From NCBI GenBank assembly GCA_963703225.1, contig OY969801.1, positions 2,176,001-2,240,000 of the forward strand: a stretch of DNA of 64,000 nucleotides. Direction: 5' to 3'. Below the pieces are notes generated by a model. That model was not told where the DNA came from and searched no databases. It worked only from the letters and a program-made list of their open reading frames with translations. Positions 1 through 13,561 of the stretch are shown here, piece by piece. Each line of letters begins with the position of its first letter. Position 1 is the first letter of the stretch. The stretch is from Candidatus Eiseniibacteriota bacterium (GTDB lineage Bacteria; Eisenbacteria; RBG-16-71-46; SZUA-252). The translations under genes were made by a program, and so were the position numbers.

Positions 1-1035
1 ACCCGGCAGGACGTGAGCGGGCTCCTCGCCTATGCCGAGGACGATGCCGGAGGATTGATGAGCCCGCGGTACGCGCGGCTACGCCCCGACATGACGGTCG
101 ACGAGGCGATCACCTACTTAAGGCGGCACGCCGCCGAGCGCGCGGAGACCCTGACCTACGCCTACGTGCTCTCGTCCGAGCACAGGCTCCTCGGCGTCGT
201 CTCCTACCGGGACCTCATCACCGCGAAACCGGATCAGAAGATCGAGGCGATCATGCGCACCGAGCTGATCACGGTGCCGGAGGCTATGGATCAGGAGGAG
301 GTGAGCCGGCTCTTTGCCGCGCATCGCCTCATGGCCTTCCCGGTCGTCGACCCCGAGGGGCGGATGAAGGGGATCGTCACCCTCGACGACATCGTCGACG
401 TCGTCCGCGAAGAAGCCACGGAAGATATCCAGAAGATCGGCGGTACCGCGGCACTGGAAGCTCCCTATCTCCGTGTCGGGGTCGGCGCCATGATCCGTGC
501 CCGGGCCGGATGGCTCGCGGCGCTGTTCCTGGGAGAAAGTCTCACGGCCACGGCCATGGGCTACTTCGAGGCCGAAATCGCGCGCGCGGTGGTCCTCGCC
601 CTGTTTGTTCCGTTGGTGATCTCGAGCGGCGGAAATTCAGGCAGCCAGGCGACGACGCTCGTGATCCGCGCGATGGCGCTAGGCGAAGTGAAACTGCGTG
701 ACTGGTGGCGGGTCATGCGGCGCGAGATCATCTCCGGGCTCGGGCTCGGGGCGATCCTTGCGGGGATCGGGATCGCGCGAATCCTGATTTGGCAGGCTTT
801 GTTCCACACCTACGGGGCGCACCACTTCCTGATCGCGCTGACGGTGGCCACCAGCCTCGTGGGTGTCGTCCTCTGGGGAACCATCGTCGGATCCATGCTG
901 CCGTTCCTCCTGCGACGGATCGGGTTCGACCCCGCGACCGCCTCCGCGCCGTTCGTCGCCACGCTGGTCGACGTGACGGGGCTCATCATCTATTTCTCCA
1001 CGGCTCGGGTCTTGTTGACTGGGACCCTGCTCTAG
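1..1035 (+). CDS. mgtE: Magnesium transporter MgtE (5' end truncated by window)
   Basis: AGGLM then a CBS pair, GIVTLDDIVDV, SSGGNSGSQ and DPATASAPFVATLVD membrane motifs; frame is open back to position 1. Confidence 0.95.
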   Translation, partial: TRQDVSGLLAYAEDDAGGLMSPRYARLRPDMTVDEAITYLRRHAAERAETLTYAYVLSSEHRLLGVVSYRDLITAKPDQKIEAIMRTELITVPEAMDQEEVSRLFAAHRLMAFPVVDPEGRMKGIVTLDDIVDVVREEATEDIQKIGGTAALEAPYLRVGVGAMIRARAGWLAALFLGESLTATAMGYFEAEIARAVVLALFVPLVISSGGNSGSQATTLVIRAMALGEVKLRDWWRVMRREIISGLGLGAILAGIGIARILIWQALFHTYGAHHFLIALTVATSLVGVVLWGTIVGSMLPFLLRRIGFDPATASAPFVATLVDVTGLIIYFSTARVLLTGTLL

Positions 1036-1068
1036 GATGCGAATCGGGTCCAGATCGCGCGGGACGAG

Positions 1069-3958
<2,890 letters not shown>

Positions 3959-3990
3959 GAGAATTCCTCCTTGGAATACTCCCATTGGGT

Positions 3991-4758
3991 CTAGGACTTG
4001 GATTCCGCCGCCAGCCGTGCGCGGATCAGCGGCTCGAACAGATCGATCGGTACGGGGAAGATCGTGGTCGAATTGTTTTCGGTCGCGATCTCGGCGAGCG
4101 TCTGGAGGTAGCGAAGCTGCATGGCCAGAGGCTGGGTCGCGAGGACCCTGGCCGCCTCGGTCAGCTTCTGGCTGGCCTGGAGCTCGCCTTCGGCGTTGAT
4201 GACCTTGGCGCGTCGCTCGCGCTCGGCCTCCGCCTGCCGCGCGATCGCGCGCTGCATTTCTTGCGGTAGGTCGACGTTCTTCACCTCGACCGTGCTCACC
4301 TTGATCCCCCACGGCTCGGTGTGCCCGTCGATCACCAGCTGGAGCTCCTTGTTGATCTTGTCCCGGTTCGCGAGCAGCTCATCCAGCTCCGCCTGCCCGA
4401 GGCTGCTCCGAAGGGTCGTCTGCGCGATCTGGGAGGTGGCGTAGAGGTAGTTCTCCACCTCAAGCACCGCGCGCGTCGCGTCCAGGACGCGGAAGTAGAT
4501 CACCGCGTTCACCTTCACCGAGACGTTGTCGCGCGTGATGACGTCCTGCGGGGGGACGTCCAGAGCGACCGTCCGGAGCGGGATCTTCACCATCTTGTCC
4601 ACGATCGGGATCAGAAAGATGAGTCCCGGCCCCTTCATGCCGATGGAGCGCCCGAGGCGGAAGATCACCCCGCGCTCGTACTCCCGGAGCACCTTGATGG
4701 CGCTGGAGAGGATGAGAATCCCTAGAATGATGAGCGTGATCATCGTGTACGAAACCAT
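3991..4758 (-). CDS. SPFH/stomatin (slipin) family protein
   Basis: [39 protein letters not shown]. Confidence 0.95.
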   Translation of the reverse strand: MVSYTMITLIILGILILSSAIKVLREYERGVIFRLGRSIGMKGPGLIFLIPIVDKMVKIPLRTVALDVPPQDVITRDNVSVKVNAVIYFRVLDATRAVLEVENYLYATSQIAQTTLRSSLGQAELDELLANRDKINKELQLVIDGHTEPWGIKVSTVEVKNVDLPQEMQRAIARQAEAERERRAKVINAEGELQASQKLTEAARVLATQPLAMQLRYLQTLAEIATENNSTTIFPVPIDLFEPLIRARLAAESKS

Positions 4759-4770
4759 CCCTGACCCCCT

Positions 4771-6105
4771 TTAGGCCTTCTTCACCCGGAGCGACAATCC
4801 GTCGACGCGATCCACGACAACGGCGGCGCCGCGCGCGATCGGCTCGTTGGCCGTCGCGTTCCAGTACTCGCCGTGAATGAACACCTGCCCGGTTGGACCC
4901 AGGTCGGTCAGCGCGGTGCCCCGCTCACCGAGGAGGCCCTGGACTCCGGTCGTCGGCTTCCGGCGCTGCGCGCGATAGGCGGCGCCGAGCACGAAGCCGA
5001 AGAAGAGGACCGTCACGACCACCACGGTCAGGATGACGGAAAGCGAAACGCGCACGACGCCGGCGTCCCCCCCGAGCAGGATCAGAGATCCCAGGAGGAG
5101 GGCCGCCACGCCCCCGATGGTGAGGATTCCGTGGCTCTGCACTTTCACCTCGACGGCAAAGAGGATCATGGCGAACACGATCAGGAAGACCCCGGTCAGA
5201 TTCACGGGGAGCGCCTGGAACGCGAGGAACGCCAGGAGGAGGCAGATTCCGCCGACCACGCCGGGCAGGATCGCCCCCGGATTCGATAGCTCGAAGAGGA
5301 GCCCGTAGAAACCCAGGATGAACAGGATGTAGGCGATGTTGGGATCGGTGATGCGGCTCAGAAGCTTCTGCCGCCACGTCGGACCCACCTCGTGGCGCTC
5401 CGCCCCTTTCGTGTGGAGGACTCGCGCTTCGCCTGCGACCGTGACGCGGCGGCCGTCGAGCGCTTCCAAGAGCTCGTCCACGTCGCGGACGACGAGATCG
5501 ACCACCTTCATCCGGAGCGCGTCGGTCTCGCCCAGCGATCCGCCCTCGCGGACCGCCTTCTCCGCCCAGTCGGCGTTTCGCCCGTGCTGGGCCGCGAGCG
5601 AGCGGATGTAGCTCACCGCGTCGTTCTTGACCTTGCGCGCCAGATCCTTGTTTCCGACGTCTCCGCCGCCCATCTGAACGGGCGTGGCGGCGCCGATCGA
5701 CGTGCCGGGGGACATCGCGGCGACGTGGGCCGCCATGGCGATGAACGTTCCCGCGCTCGCCGCGCGGCCGCCGGAGGGGGAGACGTAGACGACGACCGGG
5801 ACCTCGGAGATCAGTATTCGCTTGATGATGTCGCGCATGGAGGAGTCGAGGCCGCCCGGTGTGTCGAGGCGGATGATCAAGGCCTCGCGCTTTTCCTTCT
5901 CGGCCCGGTCGATCGCCTGCACGATCACCTCCGCGCTGATCGGCTGGATCGCCCCTTCCAGTGTCAGCACGTCCACCTGGGGTTTGTCCGAAGCCGACGG
6001 CGTCGGGGTCGCGGCCCCTTTGCTCCACGCGACGCCCGCCGGCAGAGCCAGCATCGCGAGCGCGACGACGATCGATGCTCTCACTCCGTTCCCGTTTAGG
6101 CGCAT
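4771..6105 (-). CDS. nfeD: NfeD-family membrane-bound serine protease (ClpP-like domain, TM region, OB fold)
   Basis: LDTPGGL, AASAG, GAATP, C-terminal GEYWNA; adjacent to the SPFH gene. Confidence 0.92.
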   Translation of the reverse strand: MRLNGNGVRASIVVALAMLALPAGVAWSKGAATPTPSASDKPQVDVLTLEGAIQPISAEVIVQAIDRAEKEKREALIIRLDTPGGLDSSMRDIIKRILISEVPVVVYVSPSGGRAASAGTFIAMAAHVAAMSPGTSIGAATPVQMGGGDVGNKDLARKVKNDAVSYIRSLAAQHGRNADWAEKAVREGGSLGETDALRMKVVDLVVRDVDELLEALDGRRVTVAGEARVLHTKGAERHEVGPTWRQKLLSRITDPNIAYILFILGFYGLLFELSNPGAILPGVVGGICLLLAFLAFQALPVNLTGVFLIVFAMILFAVEVKVQSHGILTIGGVAALLLGSLILLGGDAGVVRVSLSVILTVVVVTVLFFGFVLGAAYRAQRRKPTTGVQGLLGERGTALTDLGPTGQVFIHGEYWNATANEPIARGAAVVVDRVDGLSLRVKKA

Positions 6106-7092
6106 GCGACCGCTACCTCCCGTACGGCTTGGAAGTGCTCGACCGGGGCCGCCGCGGGCACCGCGCAGCCTGGGCCCAGGATGAACCGGGTCCCGCCCGA
6201 TTCATGGATCGCGGCGCGCGCCTCCTCCTGGACCGCTTCGACCGGCCCGCGCACAAAGGTTCCCTCGTGGTCGATCCCGCCCAGGAGCGTCTTGGTCGTG
6301 AGCGGCCGCAGCGCGGCGATGGATGGATTTCGCGCCGCCTTCGCGTCCCAGGAAATCACCGAGACGGGATAGTCGAGGTGGTCGCTGACGTAGGCGCCCG
6401 GCCCGCAGATGTGGATCGTGTTGAGGAGCGCGCCTTCGGCCTCCGACAGCACCCTCAAGTCGTAGGGGCGGCCGAACTCGCGCGTGAGATCCCTGCTGAT
6501 GCGGGAGTCGTTGCGCCCAGTCGGTGGTCGCGAGGAAGATTCCTGAGGCGCCGCGCCGGATCGTTTCGCGCACGAAAGCCGCAAAGGTCTCGGTGATCGC
6601 GCGGAGCGCGGCGTGGACGGCTTCGCCGTGCCGGCGCAGATGCTCCACGAACACCTCGTCGTTGTTGACGAGGTCCGCCGCGATCGAAATCGGATTGAAG
6701 ACGGTCATGACCCAGTCGGTCTCCCCTTGCGCTACGGCCGCGATCCGCTCCTCGGCGTCGAGCAGCTCGCCCAAGACGCCCTTCGTCGGATCGAGCGGGC
6801 GGATGCGGGCCCAATCTTCCGCACTCTTCACCGGGCTCTCGACGACCTTGGGCTTGTCGAGAGGACCCGTGCCGGGGCGCTTCGTCCGCACCCCCCAATC
6901 TTCGACGTGATAGGAGCCGCGCGGGTTCACCTTGAGGAAGTCCCAGTCGTAGGTCTTCTGGAACGCAAGCATCGACTCCGCAAGATCTTTGGCGGAGCCC
7001 TCGCGATCGTAGAAATGCCTCCAGAAGGAGACCGGCGGCCGGTCGGTCGCCTCTCCCCGGAGGGTCTTTCGAATTCGTTCGCGTCGGGTCAT
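6096..7092 (-). CDS. Uroporphyrinogen decarboxylase-like (URO-D family) protein, frameshifted near 6513
   Basis: MTRRERI..DRPPVSFWRHF, IHICG, LGGID, FILGPGC; split over two frames. Confidence 0.8.
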
Positions 7093-7225
7093 GCAAATCT
7101 CAGGTCTGATTTCAGTTACGGGTCGTTGTGTGTTCCGCGGCTCGGGCGTAGAATAGAGAATCGTACACAGAAAGCGCCCACCCCACAAGCCCCGCGCCAG
7201 CCCCAGCGCGCTGTAAGGAGGCCCG

Positions 7226-7852
7226 GTGAAAGCAGTTCTCCCTCCTCGTCGTTCGCGCAGGGCGGGGTCACGGAGTCATTGGCTCCGCCTCACGGGATGC
7301 CTCTGGGCGCTCCTAGTCAGCCTATTCATGGCGACCTTCGCCACCGCGGATCCCCAGTCCAGGGGGGAAATTGCCATTTCGCCGACCGTTGGGACCCGCT
7401 GGTTCGACTCCAAGCTGGATCTGCAGAGCGAGGTATCGCTCGGGCTGCGTTTGGGCATGGTCCTCGACACCCGGTTCAGCCTGCTCATGGATTTTGTGCA
7501 GAGCGATCCCTCAAGGAAAACCACAGGGGACCCGGCGCGCGTCTCGAGCCTCCGCGTGCTGGCTCAGTGCCGGCCGATCGCGGCCAGGATACGACCCTAC
7601 TTGCTGGGCGGATTCGGCGGCGTGCTCTTCAATTTCGAGGACACAAACGATACGGCAGGCGGGACGGCGAGCGTCGGCGGCGGGCTTGAATTCGCCGCGT
7701 CGAAACGGGCCAGACTGTTCGCCGAGTATTCCGCCGAGTTTTATCGGATGCGAAACGTCAGCTACTCCCCGACCGGCGAAGTGATTTCCACGACCGAGCG
7801 AACGACCGACGCGATTCAGTCGATCTCAGCCGGCGTCAGTGTGGGGTTCTGA
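7226..7852 (+). CDS. Outer-membrane beta-barrel protein (about 8 strands)
   Basis: Signal peptide, alternating beta strands, RPYLLGGFG, GGGLEF, terminal aromatic residue (GVSVGF). Confidence 0.75.
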   Translation: MKAVLPPRRSRRAGSRSHWLRLTGCLWALLVSLFMATFATADPQSRGEIAISPTVGTRWFDSKLDLQSEVSLGLRLGMVLDTRFSLLMDFVQSDPSRKTTGDPARVSSLRVLAQCRPIAARIRPYLLGGFGGVLFNFEDTNDTAGGTASVGGGLEFAASKRARLFAEYSAEFYRMRNVSYSPTGEVISTTERTTDAIQSISAGVSVGF

Positions 7853-7853
7853 G

Positions 7854-8990
7854 GTGCGGCCGGGCCTGATCGCCGCGCTTGTCCTGCTCCTCGCGGTCCT
7901 CACATCCTGCTCCGACATGCCCACAAAGCCTCTCGCCACCGTGACCGTGGTGGGCACCATCACGGACCGCGACGGAGCTGCCATGCCGAACGCGGGCCTG
8001 AGTTTCCTCCCATTCGGCAAGTCGCCGTTCGATCCCGGGGTTTCTGTGACCTACGCGTACACGGACGGCAACGGCGCCTTTGGGATCGCGCTGGCGGAGG
8101 GAAGCTACCAAGTTCGCATCGATCCCGACTACCGCAGCGGCGTGGCTTCGGCCAAGATTCCCAAGTTTGACGTGGGTGGAGGGAAATCTCGGCTCGATTA
8201 CCGATTCACGGGCACCCGGGTCACGGGCCAGATCACGGGGCCAGGCGGGCTTCCCATTTCCAATGCCTACGTATATGTTGCGTCCTACGTCAACGAGGTC
8301 TATGCGACAGCGGTATCCGTCAACGGCCAATACTCCCTCCTTGTCCCGCCCGGGAAATACGACTGCGCAGTCGAGTCCGGCTCTTATCAGAGCGGGCTTC
8401 CGCATTTGATCTTCGAAGCAGACATTTCCTCGACGGATACGTTGATGGATTTCGCCCTCACGGGAAATAAGGTGACGGTGACGGTCACTCTGAAGGGCTC
8501 TTTTCCGATGGCAGGTGCCAACGTGGCTCTGCAATCAAGTCCGGCGGGAACTTCTGTCGGCAATCGAACCGATCTCGAGGGAACCACTGTGCTCTACGCC
8601 CCCAGCGGCGACTATTCCTTTTACGTGAGCCCTCCCTATTCCTATGTCGTGGGGCCGGAGACGGGCTACTGGTCGATTTCCGGGGATGTTTCGCAAACGA
8701 TCGATTTCCCTGGGATCGACTGGAATTGCACGCTGCGTCGGGCCGCGGACGACGCGGCCATCTCGTTCGCGTCGATTAACGCGAGGGAGGTCGGCTCCTA
8801 CAGTCGATACGCAGCCACGGTCACTGACCCACTCGGAGAATTCCACCTGATCGTGCGTCCCAACACGGCCTATGACGTTTTGGTTGCGGTCTTCAACTCG
8901 ACAACCGACCCATTCACTTTCACCGTCCCCAACGTGTTCTCCGGAGCCGACTCGACGTTCGACGTGGTTGTTCCCGCACCCGTCCCCTAG
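7854..8990 (+). CDS. Lipoprotein with four carboxypeptidase-regulatory-like beta-sandwich repeats
   Basis: Lipobox LTSC; repeated V.G.ITD..G.P...A / TD..G.F...L..G.Y pattern. Confidence 0.7.
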   Translation: MRPGLIAALVLLLAVLTSCSDMPTKPLATVTVVGTITDRDGAAMPNAGLSFLPFGKSPFDPGVSVTYAYTDGNGAFGIALAEGSYQVRIDPDYRSGVASAKIPKFDVGGGKSRLDYRFTGTRVTGQITGPGGLPISNAYVYVASYVNEVYATAVSVNGQYSLLVPPGKYDCAVESGSYQSGLPHLIFEADISSTDTLMDFALTGNKVTVTVTLKGSFPMAGANVALQSSPAGTSVGNRTDLEGTTVLYAPSGDYSFYVSPPYSYVVGPETGYWSISGDVSQTIDFPGIDWNCTLRRAADDAAISFASINAREVGSYSRYAATVTDPLGEFHLIVRPNTAYDVLVAVFNSTTDPFTFTVPNVFSGADSTFDVVVPAPVP

Positions 8991-10156
8991 GCCAACCCCT
9001 CGGGCGGGGCCATGTAGCCGGGCGCCGTCACCGGCTGCTCGGTGACGCGCGCGTAGAGATCCTCGTACATCGGAACGATGCGGCTCGCGTCGTACCGCTC
9101 GATGGCGACCTCTCGCGCCCGCTTCCCCATCGCTGCGTGCCGCTCCTCATCGGTCAGAACCTCGATGGCGCGGCGGGCCATGCCGGCGACGTCGCCCACC
9201 GGGAGGAGATATCCGGTCTCGCCCGATTCGATCAGCTCGGGCACCCCCTCGGCTGTCGTCCCGATCACCGGGACGCCCGAGGACATTGCCTCGAGCGCCG
9301 CGAGGCCAAAGCTCTCGTTGGCGCTGGTCAGGATGAAGAGGTCCCCGGTCGAGAGCACGTCCTCGACCGCGTCGAGCTGCCCCAAGTAGCGCACGTACCG
9401 CTCGACGCCCAGCTCCACCGCGACCTCGCGGCTTCGGGTTCGGTCGGCTCCGTCCCCCACCATGAGGAGCACGCTCGGCACCTCGCGCCGCACGGCCGCG
9501 AAGACGCGGACGACGTCCTCCACCCGCTTGCTCGGGCGGAAATTGGAGATGTGGATCAGGATCCGCTCCCCCTTCTTCGCGAACCGCTCGCGCCGGCGGA
9601 CCCCGCGATCGCGCGGGGCGTAGCGAGAGGTATCGACGAAGTTCGGGATCACGTGGATCGCGCGGCGCGGCCGGAACACCTCCACCGTCTTCTTGCGGAG
9701 AAACTCCGAGACCGCGGTGACGCCGTCGCTCTGGTCGATCCCGAAGCGGGTGAGCGTGCGGAAGGACTGGTCGGAGCCGACGAGGGTGATGTCGGTCCCG
9801 TGGAGCGTGGTCACCACGCGCAGCTTGGTGGAGGCGGCCACCTGCTTGCCGAGGTAGGCGCAGACAGCATGCGGAATCGCGTAGTGGGCGTGAATCACGT
9901 CCAGCCCCGCTTCATCCGCGACCTCGGCCATCTTCGCGGCCAGCGCGAGCGTATAGGGCGGATATTGAAAGAGCGGATACGAGATGACCTGCACCTCGTG
10001 GAAGTAGACGTCTTCCTGGTAGGGCTTCAGGCGAAATGGAATGGAATACGAGATGAAGTGAATCTCGTGTCCGCGTCGGGCCAGCTCGATGCCGAGCTCG
10101 GTGGCGACGACGCCCGAGCCTCCGTGGGTTGGATAGCAGGAGATTCCGATCTTCAC
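8987..10156 (-). CDS. bshA: N-acetyl-alpha-D-glucosaminyl L-malate synthase
   Basis: MKIGISCYPTHGGSGVVATELG, HAHYAIPHA, TTLHGTDITLVG, ESFGLAALEAM. Confidence 0.95.
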   Translation of the reverse strand: MKIGISCYPTHGGSGVVATELGIELARRGHEIHFISYSIPFRLKPYQEDVYFHEVQVISYPLFQYPPYTLALAAKMAEVADEAGLDVIHAHYAIPHAVCAYLGKQVAASTKLRVVTTLHGTDITLVGSDQSFRTLTRFGIDQSDGVTAVSEFLRKKTVEVFRPRRAIHVIPNFVDTSRYAPRDRGVRRRERFAKKGERILIHISNFRPSKRVEDVVRVFAAVRREVPSVLLMVGDGADRTRSREVAVELGVERYVRYLGQLDAVEDVLSTGDLFILTSANESFGLAALEAMSSGVPVIGTTAEGVPELIESGETGYLLPVGDVAGMARRAIEVLTDEERHAAMGKRAREVAIERYDASRIVPMYEDLYARVTEQPVTAPGYMAPPEGLA

Positions 10157-11786
10157 GAAGTCTTACCTCCTACCGGCACCAGAGCGTGGGTGCCCAGGGT
10201 GGCGAGCGGGTCGACCAAGCAGGAAATGAGATCGGGGCCGTAGCGCGCCAGGTACCCGACGGGCGAGTAGACCCTCTCTTGGAGCTTCCCTTCGGGAAAA
10301 AGCTGCGCCCGCGCGCGCCGGATCTGCTGCACCGACTCCTCCTGCCGACGTTTCCAGACCTGCATCAGCTTCCTCTCTAGATTCAGACCCTCGTGCTCCA
10401 CCTTGTGCCCCGCGGTCGAGACCGCGGCCTGGAGCGAGGGATCAAAGCCCCCCACCTTCAGCTCGAGCCGGGCAAAGCTCTGCTTCCAGATCTCCCGCTC
10501 CCGCTCGAAGGTTTCCGGGAAGTCGCCTGGCAGAAGCGCCCGCAGCGCTTCACCCACCACGGCCTCTACGTCCCCCGCGAGCGAGGTCCACTCGATGCCG
10601 AACCGGTCGAGCGTCTTCGCCACCTTCGGCTCCAAGAGCGTGGCGCCCGCGCGCGGGGCCACCGCGGGCACCGACATTCCGAAGAGCGGGTAGAGCGCCT
10701 GCACCTGGCCCCAGTAGGCCACCTCCGCCGGACCGCCCACGTAGGCCGCGGTCGGAAGGAGGTGATCCTGCACGATGGGTCGGAGCAGCACGCCGGGGCT
10801 CGCCTTCTCCGGGTGCGCCCGCACCGACGCCGCGAACGCCTCCGGCTTCACGCCGTGCGGCTTCGCGCCAATCCGGATCGTTCCGTCCTCGTCCAGCCGA
10901 AGCGGCTCGCGCGCCTCCTCGTGCCAGAACAAATTCAGCTCGTTTCCCGCCCGGGCGATCTGGGCGTGGTAGCCGCGGCCCTCGAGCTCTTCCCCGCCTT
11001 CTTGGCCGCGCGCGATGACTCACCCCGGAGCGCGATCTCGCGTTCCACGATCGGCACGGCGAGCGCCTTCGCCTCCGGATCGGAGGGGTCGAAGACCAGC
11101 GCCCCCAACGGTGCCACGAAGCCCGCCATGAACTGCGCGAACGCCTCGGTCCAGGAACGCCCGGGCACGTAGGCCGCGCGGAGCGAGCCGACCATCCCCT
11201 CGCGAAACTCGGATCGGGGCAAAGTCGACGCGACCCGATCGACGAGGGCCTCGATCTCCGCTCCCAGCCGAATCCGCGAGAAGGAGACCGCGGGCTTGGC
11301 ACCGCGCCCCGGGTACTCCACCGGCGTTGGCTCGGACCCGCCGTCGTTCACCCACGTCCGGCGAACCTCGTCGAAATCGTGGTCGTCGGACGCGACCCAG
11401 AATATGGGAACCACCGGCTTCCCCGATGTGGCCGCGACCGCGCGGGCCAGGGAAATCGCCGATAGGGCCTTGTAGAGCGTGTAGAGGGGGCCGCCAAAGA
11501 GGCCCGGCTGCTGCCCCGCGACGACCACTAAAGTGTTGGGACGCTCGAATCGGGCCAGAGGTTCGCGGGAAGCGTCCCCAACCCCCAGCGCGGCTGCCTG
11601 CCGCTTGAGGATCGAGGCCATCTCGGCCCTCATTTTCGATGGGTAGTCCCGGGCCGCGGCGCGGCCGGCGATCGCGGCCGGATCCCGGAAATCGACCGGA
11701 TAGAAATCGCGAAGGCGATCGGGCGCGCTCCGGTAGTCCCGATAGAGCGCGCTCGGGAAGATGAGATGTTCGAATGGGGTGGGCGT
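10153..11786 (-). CDS. bshC: Bacillithiol cysteine-adding enzyme, frameshifted near 10993; start codon uncertain
   Basis: VAGQQPGLFGGPLYTLYK, FWVASDDHD, SPGVLLRP, YVGGPAEVAY, LQER. Confidence 0.92.
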
Positions 11787-11790
11787 GGGC

Positions 11791-12432
11791 CTAGGCCTGC
11801 TTCAGCGCGCGAGCGCCGACGAAGGGATTCGCGGCCATCTCGTGCCCGATCGTGGTGACGGGCCCGTGCCCCGGATAGACCGTTGTCTCCGCCGGATAGA
11901 CAAAGAAACGCTTTTGGATGCTGCGGCGAAGGAGATCCCAGTCGCCGCCCGGCAGATCGGTGCGGCCGACCGAGTCCCGGAAGAGCACGTCGCCTCCGAT
12001 CAGCCCCTCCGCGGTCGCGAAGGTGACGCTCCCGGGGGAGTGCCCCGGCGAGTGGATCGCGCGGACGTCGATCCCCGGGATCCCAACATCCTCTCCGTCC
12101 GCCATCCAGTGGGCGATCGGAACGGTTCCAGGCCAGGTCATTCCAATCGCCGCCGCCTGATCGGCGCCGCGGTCGTAGAGGGGGCGATCTTCGGGGTGGA
12201 GCCAGACCGGAGCCTGGGTTGCCTCATGAAAGGCGCGCACCATGAGGATGTGATCGATGTGGGCGTGCGTGAGGAGGATGCGCTTCACGACGAGCCCACG
12301 GGACCGGATCACCTCGAGCACCTCCTCGCTTTCGAGGGAGGGATCGACGACGATGGCGTCGCGCGATCCGGCCGTGGTGAGGAGGTAGAGGTTGTTGTCG
12401 AGAGGGCCGACCTGGAAGCGCTCGACCCGCAC
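11791..12432 (-). CDS. MBL-fold metallo-hydrolase (glyoxalase II/YcbL-like)
   Basis: THAHIDH, HSPGHSPGS, GDVLF..SVGRTDLPGG, YPGHG. Confidence 0.9.
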   Translation of the reverse strand: MRVERFQVGPLDNNLYLLTTAGSRDAIVVDPSLESEEVLEVIRSRGLVVKRILLTHAHIDHILMVRAFHEATQAPVWLHPEDRPLYDRGADQAAAIGMTWPGTVPIAHWMADGEDVGIPGIDVRAIHSPGHSPGSVTFATAEGLIGGDVLFRDSVGRTDLPGGDWDLLRRSIQKRFFVYPAETTVYPGHGPVTTIGHEMAANPFVGARALKQA

Positions 12433-12435
12433 GGC

Positions 12436-13473
12436 TCAGGCCTTGGAGGCGGTCACCGCCGTGATCCCGAACATCGGCAGGCCGACCATGTCGACGCTGG
12501 TGAATCCGGAATCTTGGAGCAGCCGGTAGAGCTCCGTCCGCGTCAGCGCTCCCGCCAAAGTTGGGCCGTAACCGGCCAGAACGTTGAGCCGGAAGAGCGC
12601 GGCCTCCCGGGGCTCCGCCCTCGAATCCTCGAGCAGGAATTCGGTCACGAGCACGGTACCGCCCGAGCGGAGCGCCTTCGCGACGTTTTGGAGGACGCCG
12701 GGGATCGAGGCTCGGCTCCGACGGGAGAGATTGTGGGTCAGAAGGACGAGGTCGAACGGGTCCTGCGAGCTTCCCTCGTCCGGATCGCCCGCGACGAACC
12801 GAACCCGGTCGTCGAGCTTCATGGACCGGATGTACTCCTCCGCCACGGGCTTGAACGGCGCTCGGTCCAGGATCGTGGCCTGGAAGTGGGGATAGCGTCG
12901 GGCCAAGCAGAGGGCCCCCGCCCCGGTATGGCTCCCCAGATCGAGGATCTTGTTGTAGGCGCTGAATTCGATGTCGAGGATCTCGGCGACCCGCGTCATC
13001 GATGCGTAGACGCCGTTGTGGAAGGCGCGGGCGAACGCGACCTCGGTCTCGCTCATCTTCTCGGACGGGATCGGCGCCCGTCCGCTCTTCACGGTGTCGC
13101 GAAGCGACTGCCAAATGCCGAAGAGCGGGTCCCGCATGAAGCGGAACAGGTCGACGTACGAGCCCGGCGATCCCTCGACCAGGTATGCGTTCGACACCTC
13201 GTCGTTCTTGTAGCGCTCGCCGGTTCGATGGAGGAAGCCGAGGGCGCAATTGGCGTCCATGAGCGCCTCCACGGCGGAGGGCTCGGCCCCCATATCGGCC
13301 GCCACCTCCGCGGCCGTCTTGGGACCGCCAAAAAGAATCGTGAACAGGCGGAGGTCGACAGCCGTCAAAAGCGCCTGACTCGCCCAGAACCCCGTGGCAA
13401 CCTGCAAGATTGGGACCGGGCTTAACCTCCCGGAGACCGATAGCGGCTTTGCGGCGTGACCCATTTGGTTCAT
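12436..13473 (-). CDS. SAM-dependent methyltransferase (dimerisation domain + Methyltransf_2 type)
   Basis: GFWASQAL..AVDL N-terminal winged helix, ILDLGSHTG SAM motif, ALRSGG. Confidence 0.85.
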   Translation of the reverse strand: MNQMGHAAKPLSVSGRLSPVPILQVATGFWASQALLTAVDLRLFTILFGGPKTAAEVAADMGAEPSAVEALMDANCALGFLHRTGERYKNDEVSNAYLVEGSPGSYVDLFRFMRDPLFGIWQSLRDTVKSGRAPIPSEKMSETEVAFARAFHNGVYASMTRVAEILDIEFSAYNKILDLGSHTGAGALCLARRYPHFQATILDRAPFKPVAEEYIRSMKLDDRVRFVAGDPDEGSSQDPFDLVLLTHNLSRRSRASIPGVLQNVAKALRSGGTVLVTEFLLEDSRAEPREAALFRLNVLAGYGPTLAGALTRTELYRLLQDSGFTSVDMVGLPMFGITAVTASKA

Positions 13474-13494
13474 CGTAGGCTCCTCACGCCCCCC

Positions 13495-13523
13495 AGTTTA
13501 TGCCACTCGGCCCCCCGCTTCAA
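13495..13523 (-). promoter_or_regulatory. Putative sigma70 promoter of the methyltransferase-MBL-bshC-bshA operon
   Basis: TTGAAG-N17-TAAACT just upstream of a GAGGAG RBS and the ATG at 13473. Confidence 0.6.
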
Positions 13524-13561
13524 GGGACCCGACGATTTGGATGCGTCGATTTTCCCGAGGT

